From Eukaryota sp. TZLM1-RC (lineage: Eukaryota; Protista; Metamonada: BaSk clade): a stretch of 64,000 nucleotides of DNA. Shown here one piece after another: positions 1 to 9,770 of the stretch (position 1 is the first letter of the stretch; every line of letters starts with the position of its first letter). The notes beneath the pieces are model-generated. The model was given only the letters and a program-made list of their open reading frames with translations, was not told the DNA's origin and searched no databases. The stretch is from assembly GCA_040285825.1 (NCBI GenBank), contig JAUPSS010000003.1, positions 2,852,001 through 2,916,000 on the forward strand. Reading direction: 5' to 3'. The position numbers and the translations under genes were made by a program.

Positions 1-581
1 TCAGCGCAAAAAATAATGGTTTTCTTAAAGTTAGTAAACGAAAGTGGAGAGGTATAGTTGAAATGAGGGGGTAAAAGGGAAAGTAAATCGTGTGAAATGG
101 CGACAGGTGAGCTGGCAGGGGTAGGTATCACGTCATCAAACTTGACATTCGATGACTTTGATTGAAGAAATGACCAAGCTTTTAAAGAGGCTCTGAGTTC
201 AATAGATTGTTCGGATGGATTAAACAAGTCGTACACCATGGATGGAGTTACAGTCACGGTAGAGAAATCACCAGGAGTAGTAAGAGAGGGTGTGTGTACA
301 GAAAAGTCAAGGCAAAGGAAGGAAACTAGGATGGGTAGGAGAGATGGATTGAGAGGGGTGAAGTGGAGGAATTCAGTAAACAGTGAGGTGTGGAGAGCAG
401 AAGAAATGGATTTCGCGGTAATAGGTGATGTTAAGAGAGAACGAAACTCATCCTGACGGTAATTGAGTACAGCATCGTCATCGTTGGGAAAAAGGCATTG
501 GGATATTGCAGAAAAGAGTAGTTCTACACCACTATCATCATCAGGTAGATTTGGACAGTATGTAGTTATCAACAAAGACAT
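1..581 (-). CDS. Hypothetical protein, runs off the window edge (at least 193 aa, MSLLITTYCPNLPDDDSG...)
   Basis: Manual translation shows a stop-free frame from the ATG at 581 to base 1. It is absent from the ORF track because there is no stop codon in the window. Confidence 0.65.
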   Translation of the reverse strand, partial: MSLLITTYCPNLPDDDSGVELLFSAISQCLFPNDDDAVLNYRQDEFRSLLTSPITAKSISSALHTSLFTEFLHFTPLNPSLLPILVSFLCLDFSVHTPSLTTPGDFSTVTVTPSMVYDLFNPSEQSIELRASLKAWSFLQSKSSNVKFDDVIPTPASSPVAISHDLLSLLPPHFNYTSPLSFTNFKKTIIFCA

Positions 582-690
582 CGACTAGTAGCACAAAGAT
601 GCCAAAAAGAATACTGCTGTGGAGGAAAGTAGTTGATCTTTTCAAAAATTGAGTTCTATAATATACTTTAAGATACTCATCATCCAAAAC
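575..690 (-). mobile_element. Fanzor family D 3'-end remnant (ORF C-terminus plus terminal hairpin), copy D1
   Basis: Minus strand reads DDEYLKVYYRTQFLKR, versus VDEYIKGNERPQVLKR at 17.9 kb. 606-577 matches 17984-18013 at 26 of 30 nt. Confidence 0.7.
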
Positions 691-1065
691 AAAACAATTG
701 TAATTACCATAAACAGAGATCCAGTGATCTCAGACAGGATAATGTGTGGTAAATAGTATCAATAATATTTGATTCCAAGACTATTCGTATTTGAGATCAT
801 ATATACTTGCATTTCAAGTGCTCGTAACATCTATTCTTCTCACTCTGTCTCCCGACAATTTAATGTAATCCTGCACATAGATTTAGTTGGAAATCGAATC
901 GTGATTTATTGAGTTTAATATTCAAAGGCCCAACCAAGCAATTACTAATGGAGGGTACAAAAGCAAGCAAATAAACAAACAAGAACAGATAAAATCATTT
1001 ATCCAAACAAAAAACCTATTAAATAATACAAAATACACGTCTTTACAAACTAAAAACCAACAAAC

Positions 1066-1635
1066 TTATCCACTGTCATTCAAAGGCGGAGACTCCACAC
1101 CCCCTAATACATCACACAACCAATTGAAAGCCTCATCTATACCCTCCCCCGTCAGCACAGAGGTGGGTACCACAGACCATGGACGATTGGAAGGACAGCC
1201 CACGATGGCAGAAGCAACTTGACCAGCAGGAGTAGCATCTGAACAATCCTGTTTATTGGCCAACACCAAGATGGGAACAGACTCAAGGGCGGGTTCAGCA
1301 TAAAGGGCTTCTAATTCAGCTTTGGCAATGGCAAACCTGGACTGGTCAGTACAGTCCACACAAAAAACAACAGCGTCAGTGTCCACAAAATAGGACTTCC
1401 AGTAAAGACGTAAGCTAGACTGTCCACCAAGGTCCCAAGCTGCAAACCTTAGGTTTCGGACAGAGAGAGTTTCTACATTGAAACCGACAGTTGGTACTGT
1501 GCTTATGACTCTTCCGAGTTTAAGTCGGTAGAGAAGGGTAGTTTTACCACTATTGTCAAGACCGAGTAGAAGAAGTTTGCGTTCTCTGTTGGAAGAGAAC
1601 AGACGAGAAAAGAGTGAAGATATGAAGTTGCCCAT
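1066..1635 (-). CDS. ARL1: ADP-ribosylation factor-like GTPase, Arl1-like
   Basis: MG myristoylation start, GLDNSGKTT P-loop, PTVGFNVE, WDLGGQSSLRLYW, ANKQD. Confidence 0.85.
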   Translation of the reverse strand: MGNFISSLFSRLFSSNRERKLLLLGLDNSGKTTLLYRLKLGRVISTVPTVGFNVETLSVRNLRFAAWDLGGQSSLRLYWKSYFVDTDAVVFCVDCTDQSRFAIAKAELEALYAEPALESVPILVLANKQDCSDATPAGQVASAIVGCPSNRPWSVVPTSVLTGEGIDEAFNWLCDVLGGVESPPLNDSG

Positions 1636-1733
1636 TCCTACCTTGCAGATATTGTATTCAATGGGGAAGGTAAGTTGATAAAAGATGCCTTATACTGTGA
1701 GAGCAAATCCAAATGTATTTACCAAACCTACAT

Positions 1734-4700
1734 CTTTTTTAACAAAATTTTAATTTTATTCAAAACCTATAAATCAACATCTAAAAAATCCATCTCTCCC
1801 AGAACAAAAACACTAGATGCAACTCTCTCATAGTGAGATCCAAGAGAAAGCAAAGCATCAGAAACCATCTTCAACATCCCCTTTTTGGACAAATTTGGAC
1901 CAAATGCTTTCCTCAATCAATTCAAGAAATTCCAAACCGATCTCTATTTAATTTACAGTTTTGCTGTAAAAAGCTTCAACAAAAATTGTCAAAGATTTTT
2001 GAAAGCTTGGATTTTGATGTTAGACTTGGCTTGGCCAAGAAAAAGAATCCCGCTTTTGCAAATCTTTTACAAGATATGTGTGACAGTACTTCTTCTGCCT
2101 TAGTAACAACAATTCCACAAGTATATGGTACTCTCTTATCCGATTCTGCTTGGACTCTGAATATGAGATTTCGTTCCTTTATCTGGCCTGATAATTTACC
2201 TCATAATTTAATTTGTAAATGTTCTCGAGAAATTACAACTACTCATTTGTTAAATTGTAAACATTTTATTACTTTTAGAAGCAAGGTTCATGATGCTGTA
2301 AGAGACCAGTTATATTGTATGTGTAAATCTCATAGAATTGAATCCTTCTTGGAACCTCTGTTGTCAAATCTGTTTGATGCTGAAAATGATTTTCATAAGA
2401 ATAATAGAGGTGATGTCATATTACCTGGATTAGATGGAAGCTTTATTTTATTGGATGTAATGTCTGTTGATCCTTGTAATGCCTCAAATGAAAGGCTTGT
2501 TAATTCTGAAATTCATAATCCCCTTTCAAATGCTGAAAATTTTAAATTCAAAAATACAATGAACCTTTGTCCAAATTGGCCAGTCTACAGCATGCAAAAT
2601 ACAATTTGTATCCATTTGTATTTTCCCTTTTTGGTTCACTTGCACCAACTGCTTTACGTTTTTGGATGATTTTGAAATGATTGTAAAGAGAAGAACTGGC
2701 AGAAATTTCAACAGATTGTTTTGGCAAAAATAGAATTGTGTTTTCTATTTTTAAGGGGATGTTGAAGATGGTTTCTGATGCTTTGCTTTCTCTTGGATCT
2801 CACTATGAGAGAGTTGCATCTAGTGTTTTTGTTTTGGGAGAGATGGTTTTTTTAGATGTTGATTTATAGTTTTAGAATAAAATTAAAATTTTGGTAAAAA
2901 AAAACATCCCCTTAAAAATAGAAAACACAATTCTATTTTGCCAAAACAATCTGTTGAAATTTCTCCCAGTTCTTCTCTTTACAATCATTTCAAAATCATC
3001 CAAAAAAACGTAAAGCAGTTGGTGCAAGTGAACCAAAAAGGGAAAATACAAATGGATACAAATTGTATTTTGCATGCTGTAGACTGGCCAATTTGGACAA
3101 AGGTTCATTGTATTTTTTGAATTTAAGATTTTCAGCATTTGAAAGGGGATTATGAATTTCAGAATTAACTAGCCTTTCATTTGAGGCATTACAAGGATCA
3201 ACAGACATTACATCCACTAAAATGAAACTTCCATCTAATCCAGGTAATATAACATCACCTCTATTATTCTTATGAAAATCATCTTCAGCATCAAACAGAT
3301 TTGACAACAGAGGTTCCAAGAAGGATTCAATTCTATGAGATTTACACATACAATATAACTGGTCTCTCACAGCATCATGAACCTTGCTTCTAAAAGTAAT
3401 AAAATGTTTACAATTTAACAAATGAGTAGTTATAATTTCTCGAGAACATTTACAAATTAAATTATGAGGTAAGTTATCAGGCCAGATGAAGGAACGAAAT
3501 CTCATATTCAGAGTTCTTGGCAGAATCGGATAAGAGAGTACCATAAACTTGTGGAATTGTTGTTACTAAGGCAGAAGAAGTACTGTCACGCATATCTTGT
3601 AAAAGATTTGCAAAAGCGGGATTCTTTTTCTTGGCCAAGCCAAGTCTAACATCAAAATCCAAGCTTTCAAAAATCTTTGACAATTTTTGTTGAAGCTTTT
3701 TACAGCAAAACTGTAAATTAAAAAGAGATCGGTTTGGAATTTCTTGAATTGATTGAGGAAAACATTTGGTCCAAATTTGTGGCGGCAATTTTTCAAGTTC
3801 ACAAGATAACTCATACAAATAAGGACTGCAATTGGAAACTAACAGATGAGAATCATCAGGAAATCTACGAGAAAATTCATAAATAAAATTTTTGCCACCA
3901 CCCAAGAATGCTGATTGAAACAAAATTGAAGATTTAGTAAATCCAATACCACCCAAATTTGCTGAAGAAAATAAATGGCTTTTCAACATTCCTGGTTCTA
4001 CATCCAATAAATCAGCAAAAAATTCTGTTCTCAATGAATAAAAAGAACGACAAAAATCTAATGCTATGGAAGGAGCACAGGATCTCAAAATGTGGGTTAT
4101 TCTCCCAGTGTAGCAAATTTTAAGCATAAAAAATTTAATATGTTTTTCTATATCTAAAGAAGAAATTGAATTAAGTTCAATTTTCATTTTTTCCAAAATA
4201 ACTTGTAATTCATTCTGAATTTGAGGCACGTTTCCTCACCAACAACCAAGGAACTTAAAAGCATCACTACTATATTTAGTAAAAGGGACAATAGAATCGA
4301 TTATCACGAGATCTTGAGCAGAAGGGCCAATCAGAAGGCATTTGCTCGCATTAAGATGAAGCCCAATATTTTCATATGAATCGGCAATTTCTTGAGCAAC
4401 CAATTCTAGTAAATCAAATGAACCAATCAAGGATATATCATCCATATAAGCAACTATTTTTATAGATGGGTATTTTTGCTTAATGATATTTAAAGTTTTG
4501 TGAATAGCTAAACAAAACAATAATGGGCCTAAAGGATCTCCCTGCTTCACTCCAGAAGATGATTTAAGACCAAATGAATTAAAAATTAAATCTGATTCTT
4601 TCCCATAAAAATGGTAGAAAAAACTCGATAGCTCAGGAAAATCAGATTTAATAACTTCAAAAATTGCTTCTCGCTTTACAGAATTAAAAGCATTTTTAAA

Positions 4701-4944
4701 GTCGAGATTAAAAATAAAATTATTTTCCCCTGCATTTAAAAAGGTATCAGAGGCAATAGCAGCAACAGAAGCACCATCAATTGTTTTGATTCCAAATTGA
4801 TGAGGATTCAAAAATGTAGAAGCTTTGTCTTTGACACGATCGAAGACAATTGATGCCAGCAAACGAGAAAGAGATTGACCAACAGCAATTGGGCGTATTC
4901 CATCAGGTTTGATTCCGTTTCCAGGTTTTACTAAAGCAATCCTA
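1734..4944 (-). mobile_element. 5'-truncated CRE-like non-LTR retrotransposon, family A, interrupted by a second copy
   Basis: RT motifs RPIAVG, GVKQGDPLGP and AYMDD; CKC..HLLNC zinc finger; RGDV..DV..E..K..KY endonuclease; A-tail at about 1735. TSD aaacctacat at 1724-1733 and 4945-4954. Confidence 0.9.
1884..2902 (+). mobile_element. 5'-truncated CRE-A copy nested antisense inside another CRE-A copy
   Basis: Ends in a poly-A tail. 11-bp TSD aacatcccctt at 1873-1883 and 2903-2913. Removing it rejoins the host copy. Confidence 0.9.
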
Positions 4945-5006
4945 AAACCTACATTGGAAATCCATTCTTCATTACAACTCCAGACACTATTGAGCTGCCA
5001 CATCGT

Positions 5007-5830
5007 TTAAGATGGACTGATATATTCTTCTACAGAGATCTTCTTGACTACTCCCTTTTTAGTTCCTCCCTGTCTTCTTTTAGCACCTGATGAGGATGTG
5101 CTTGTTTCAGGAACTTGCGATGGACAGTTTCTTCTGTTGTGTCCTTCTCCGCGACATATACCACATCTTCTCGGTTTTTTGTCCTTCTCAGCAGTCTTCT
5201 TTTTCTGATCTCTCTGCGAAGTAGATGATCCATTTTCGAAATCTTTTGTTTGAGTTTTTTGTCTCTCGAAAATGGATGGTCTACCTTCACCGTTGATTGC
5301 AGATGTTATACTGGTATATATATTTATGGCAGAGTTGAAGTCCGTATTCCAATACGTGCTGCACGTCTGACACTTCACTAAACACCACGGTGTTGATTTT
5401 GCTTTTTCTTCTAGTGAATCCTTCTGTTCATCCCATTTTTGTTGAAAATCTCTTTTTCTATTAGGATTGTTTTGATTAAATAAATCAATTTCTTGTTTTA
5501 ACTTTTTTGCTTTTTCTTTTTACTTGTCGTTTGCCCTTAGGACCTAACACTTTAATACAAGAATCATTGACACTTTCTCCAAATTTTCCCTTGGCAGCAC
5601 AACTGGAACAAGATTTACTCGTTCTATATTCATCAACTAGGAAAATTCGATAACCAAATCTTCTTAATAGTTTGCAAATTTCGGTTCCTCTTATGGTTGA
5701 CGTTTTTCCCTTCCCTGTATTTCCTTTCGAGCTCCAGTCACCATAACCAATAACTACCTCTTCAGGGGAGCCAAAGCTCAATTTGAATCTTTCCAACATG
5801 TTTTTTTCAATTCTTTGATTATTCTTTTTC
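5007..5830 (-). pseudogene. Fanzor1-type nuclease family B, C-terminal half, with a CCHC zinc-knuckle tail
   Basis: VIGYGDWS, LVDEYRTSKSCSSC, CQTC..WNTDFNSAINI, GRPSIFER, then in-frame CGICRGEGHNRRNC. Contains internal stops and a frameshift. Confidence 0.85.
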
Positions 5831-5849
5831 TACACCAATATAACATCGA

Positions 5850-6570
5850 GAGGAGATTCATCAATAACGTTGTCACTCGTTTCATCATCCAAAGTGTCTT
5901 CTTCGATAAGAATCTCATTCTCGTCTACATCATCCTTTCTATCGGCTCCAGTTAAGGCTTCATTGAAATGCCCTGCAAGAATGTGATCGAGTTCATCTTT
6001 TTCTTCTCAATGTGGCACTTTTGCTTTCGGTCTGTTTGCTCTTGTTATCCTCTTCTTTCGTCGTCTTCCAATTTTCTTTGAAAAATCTGCTGGACACATC
6101 GTGTTCTTACTATCCTTTTCCATTGTGTTCTGTCACAAACTGGATTATATTCCGTTCTCTTACGTATACAAACAAGCGGCTACCTTGTAGCCTTCCCCTT
6201 TCAAGTGGATTTATTTGAAGAAGTAAACAAGCTGATGCCATATCTGAACACGGATATCCTTGCTTTTCAAGCAATCCACATCCACACCGTTTATTTAACA
6301 CATCAACGACGAAGGTCCCAGTTTTTGTTCGAACTTCTATAAGAGGTTTAGCTGCATCGCCGCACTTTTTCGCTCTGCCTTTAAGTAATGAATCTTTCAC
6401 TTACTGATAGACGTAAAGAACTATAGGTACGGTCTCAGTTCTCAATTCTCGGTCTGCTTCTTCTCATCTGGTATTTATCCAATCAGTTAACTTAGATCTA
6501 ATTACCTCCAGCATACTGATAACCCGGAGTTCTCTTGTTGCCAAAAGCCAGTTGTTCAAACTTTCTATTT
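5850..6570 (-). pseudogene. MULE/MuDR transposase C-terminal remnant
   Basis: IESLNNW..REL.VISMLEVIR, SWIM-type CGC..GYPC and GRRRKKRI, with in-frame stops. Confidence 0.7.
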
Positions 6571-6589
6571 ATAAGGGAATGGTGAAACT

Positions 6590-6730
6590 AATGTCTAATT
6601 CACTTTTTTCTCGTGGTAAATTTTCTGATTGTTTAGCAATTAACTGTGTCGATGCAGGAGAGGCAGGTCTTGAGGATGTGGAGCTTTAGTTGTGTATTTG
6701 ATGATTTTTTATTCGGTATTTGATCAATAA
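6590..6730 (+). mobile_element. 3' end of a further CRE-like family (D); related piece at about 42880-42950
   Basis: Encodes ...INCVDAGEAGLEDVEL*, like the acidic C-termini of the other CRE families. Shares gcaattaa..tcgatgcaggaga..caggt with 42.9 kb. Confidence 0.4.
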
Positions 6731-6932
6731 AGAATCCGACATAATTAATAGAACCAATTTAAAAGTTTTAACAAAACTTTTAGTTTTGGCAATGGGTAGA
6801 CGTCAATTGATGTGTTGCAAGAAATTCAAAAGGAACATTTAATTGATAATAGTAAAAAAATTAATGTATAAATTGAAAAACTAAAAACAAAACTAAAAAC
6901 AATAAACCAATTCAAATAGTTGAGCAAAGCAA

Positions 6933-8528
6933 TCACATCAAAAAGTTTTCCTGAAAAGTGGCATTACTTGATAGTCCCAATTGCTTCAAGTACTTAGAAA
7001 TTCGAGAAACAAATGAAGTTCCTCCCAAAACATACGAAATAGTGTCAGGGGAAGTAACTGAGCAAACGTGATCAACCGTGACTCTACCTGCAACTACATC
7101 ATCACAAAGGCAATTGACAATATTGTCAAGAGAATTCAATTGAGCTACAACAAGGATACAGCAAACCTTGAAACCTTGACTCTTTCCAAATTCGGCAAGT
7201 GTGCATAAATCAGAACCAATTGGGCCAAGTTCATTAGGACACTCCACTTCTAATATTATATGTAAATTTGGAAGAGGAACTGTTGTCGTCTGGTCGCAGC
7301 GATTGAAATCAGCAATCCGCTCAAAGAACCGAACAAGACCGATAGTAGCGCCAATTCCAACCCCGCTAGAGAAAATGGTAACGTTTTTATTAGCTAAAAT
7401 GTTCCTGCCCAGATGTCCATAATAACCATCAATCCTGACAGTCTGACCCTTCTCCCAGTTTCTCGCCTCCCTTGCTAGCCGTGTTCCCCCTGCCAGAACA
7501 AGTTCATGGTGGACTGAATCAGGGAGAGAAGCAAGGGACAGGGGATGGGGGGATTGAGCGAAGGGGTTTCTCGAAGGACGTTGAAGCACAACAAAGGAAG
7601 CAGGTCCATAACAAGGACCTAACACCTGGTTGTCGGCTCTGGCCAGCACCACTCTAGTCATGCCATCAGAAATCCTTTCCGATTGAACAACATGGAAGTT
7701 GGAGCCAGGGCGACGCTTTGTAAAGAGTTGAAGGATTCTAGGGGCAAGAAACATCACTAGAAGAACATGGAGACCATTGTAAATAGAAGATCTACTCCCA
7801 AATAAAGTTGGTACTGAGTTAGATGAATAGGCAGCAGACCTCATATGTTGAGACAGTTCGTAAAGAGCGAAATAAATCTCAAAATGAACAAGGCGCCAGA
7901 ACCACCAAGGAATAAACCCCTTGATACGTATCAGTCGTAGAATAAACGGTGACTTTAAATTTGAAGGTAACCGCCTAAAGAAACTCAAAACACTTATAAG
8001 TGTCATTGAATACATTGCAAACTGGCCAGCTAGTCTTCGAGACTCCCGTTGATAGATTGCTTCTGGAAGAGCAATGTCAGGAAATTCAATCTTGAAAACA
8101 TAAGCCAGAATGTCCACCGCATCATAAACTGCATGGTAACCCTGGCTAACTCGACGGAGATAGGCGTGACAGACAACCAGAAAGAGAACAAGAGGGTCCA
8201 AATGACGATGAAGAGTCCACATTTTTTCCAGGGAGAGCAGTTTTTCAAGTAGTTTGTTTCGTGTACCTAAACCTACCATAAAAACGATGATGGTGTAGGC
8301 CGTCCATCCTAGAACTGCAGATATAACAGAAAGATAGAAATGTTGAAATACAGGTGGACGAGATGTGTTTAGCTCAATAACGAAGAAAATAACAATAAGA
8401 ATGACAAGCAACATGCAGAATCCTTGAATAGCCAGAGCATCGGATTTGTAAAGATCCTTCAAAGCAAACGGATGCTTAATCCTGCAATGTTTGACTGTAT
8501 AATCACCTTTGGGGGAAACTCTTACCAT
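6933..8528 (-). CDS. Ferric reductase-like transmembrane domain plus FAD/NAD-binding (FNR-like) oxidoreductase
   Basis: Hydrophobic helices with heme-type His residues (LHRHL, CHA, LVHF), HPLSLAS, DGYYG, SGVGIG, C-terminal ENF. Confidence 0.75.
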   Translation of the reverse strand: MVRVSPKGDYTVKHCRIKHPFALKDLYKSDALAIQGFCMLLVILIVIFFVIELNTSRPPVFQHFYLSVISAVLGWTAYTIIVFMVGLGTRNKLLEKLLSLEKMWTLHRHLDPLVLFLVVCHAYLRRVSQGYHAVYDAVDILAYVFKIEFPDIALPEAIYQRESRRLAGQFAMYSMTLISVLSFFRRLPSNLKSPFILRLIRIKGFIPWWFWRLVHFEIYFALYELSQHMRSAAYSSNSVPTLFGSRSSIYNGLHVLLVMFLAPRILQLFTKRRPGSNFHVVQSERISDGMTRVVLARADNQVLGPCYGPASFVVLQRPSRNPFAQSPHPLSLASLPDSVHHELVLAGGTRLAREARNWEKGQTVRIDGYYGHLGRNILANKNVTIFSSGVGIGATIGLVRFFERIADFNRCDQTTTVPLPNLHIILEVECPNELGPIGSDLCTLAEFGKSQGFKVCCILVVAQLNSLDNIVNCLCDDVVAGRVTVDHVCSVTSPDTISYVLGGTSFVSRISKYLKQLGLSSNATFQENFLM

Positions 8529-9406
8529 AAAGGAAGGGAATATGTGAGGAAAAGCGGTTCACACTTTGAGATGACGTGACGTGATTTCGATTATAGAATA
8601 TAAGGTGATGTGTTATGTGAGACTGTGTTACATTGTAAACACTGTGTTGAAGCAGAAACACCTGGATGAGGAGCAAAACTCTTATAGTGACCAATCAGTC
8701 TTTTTGACCTGGTCCTAAAGATGGCACCAATTTCAGACAGAAATTAAAGGTGGTTTCCTAGGAGGTGTATGGTACAATTCTATCTGGTTTGTTGTGCTGA
8801 TTGATAGAACCAATAATCATCATATAATTAACTGCTGCCTAAAACAATTAGAGTGAATTAGCAGCTTTTCCCATCATCAAAGTCCCATTTGTACTACCAG
8901 AGCTTCAATTTCTGATTAAATTTATAGTTCAAAACTGATTACATTCTCCATTTCATCCAGATTCCAGTCCTGCTAATTGTGTTTGCTACTGATTAAAATG
9001 GTTATCAATTGTTGCAAAATTCTGATGCTCAAGACGGTCACAATAATGAACGTAATCGTTTCTATTGCCATAAACAATTCATACAGTTTATTGTTATGTA
9101 GGCCGAAGACATTCTGGATAGAAGAGAGAGATCATAGGTGTTCAAGAGAGAAGTGTCTATCTAGTGTGGTTGTTTTAGCTTCAAAAAAGGAGTTTCAGAT
9201 AAGATTCCTGAAATTAACAATTTCACCACAATTTTAAGAATTTTACTTGTTTTTAGTTTCATTTTGTCATTTTTCGTTTTCCCCAAAACCACCCCCAAAA
9301 CCAATGCCAAATCAGTTCAGGAGCTTCTTTGCATAATGACGTGCCAATAATGTTCAAATAAACAACAAAAAACATCAACTATGTATTTACAAAATAACTT
9401 ACTTTA

Positions 9407-9661
9407 TTACAGATTGTCTAAATGAACAGAGATATCTTCAACAGTATTGAAAAGGGCTTCCAGCTCTCGTTCGTCTAGCTCAATGTTAGGATTTTCCTTC
9501 GAGATGCCAATAGAAAGCTTCAAACCAAGAAAAACGCTAGGGACAGAAGCGTTTTTGTTTGATGAATGACTAACAGTTTTGTTTAACTTCAAATCAGAAC
9601 TTTCAAGGAAAGTTTTCCTGGTATTATTACCATATGAGCGAGGAGCTTGAGGCGTGTACAT
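9407..9661 (-). CDS. COMM-domain-only protein, COMMD6-like (84 aa)
   Basis: Pattern L..dlkL..tvS.S....P.v.L.L....ELd..EL..Lf..vEdI...LD.L matches the COMM domain. The size matches COMMD6, which lacks the N-terminal domain. Confidence 0.5.
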   Translation of the reverse strand: MYTPQAPRSYGNNTRKTFLESSDLKLNKTVSHSSNKNASVPSVFLGLKLSIGISKENPNIELDERELEALFNTVEDISVHLDNL

Positions 9662-9770
9662 GGACTGTACCGGTTGAGGCGTCGGTGGTGGAGCAGCATA
9701 AGTTGTAGTTTGTGGAGGGCCAGTAGTGGGGCATGAACTGAGGGAGTTATAGAAAGAAGTTGAAAGATTA

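Noticed and set aside
238-456. 72-aa plus-strand ORF and many other short track ORFs
   Set aside because: Antisense or out-of-frame shadows of longer genes and transposon ORFs.
1735-2900. Apparent 150-bp terminal inverted repeats suggesting a DNA transposon; ORF 1833-2669
   Set aside because: Explained by an antisense nested CRE-A insertion with an 11-bp TSD. The ORF is a junction chimera.
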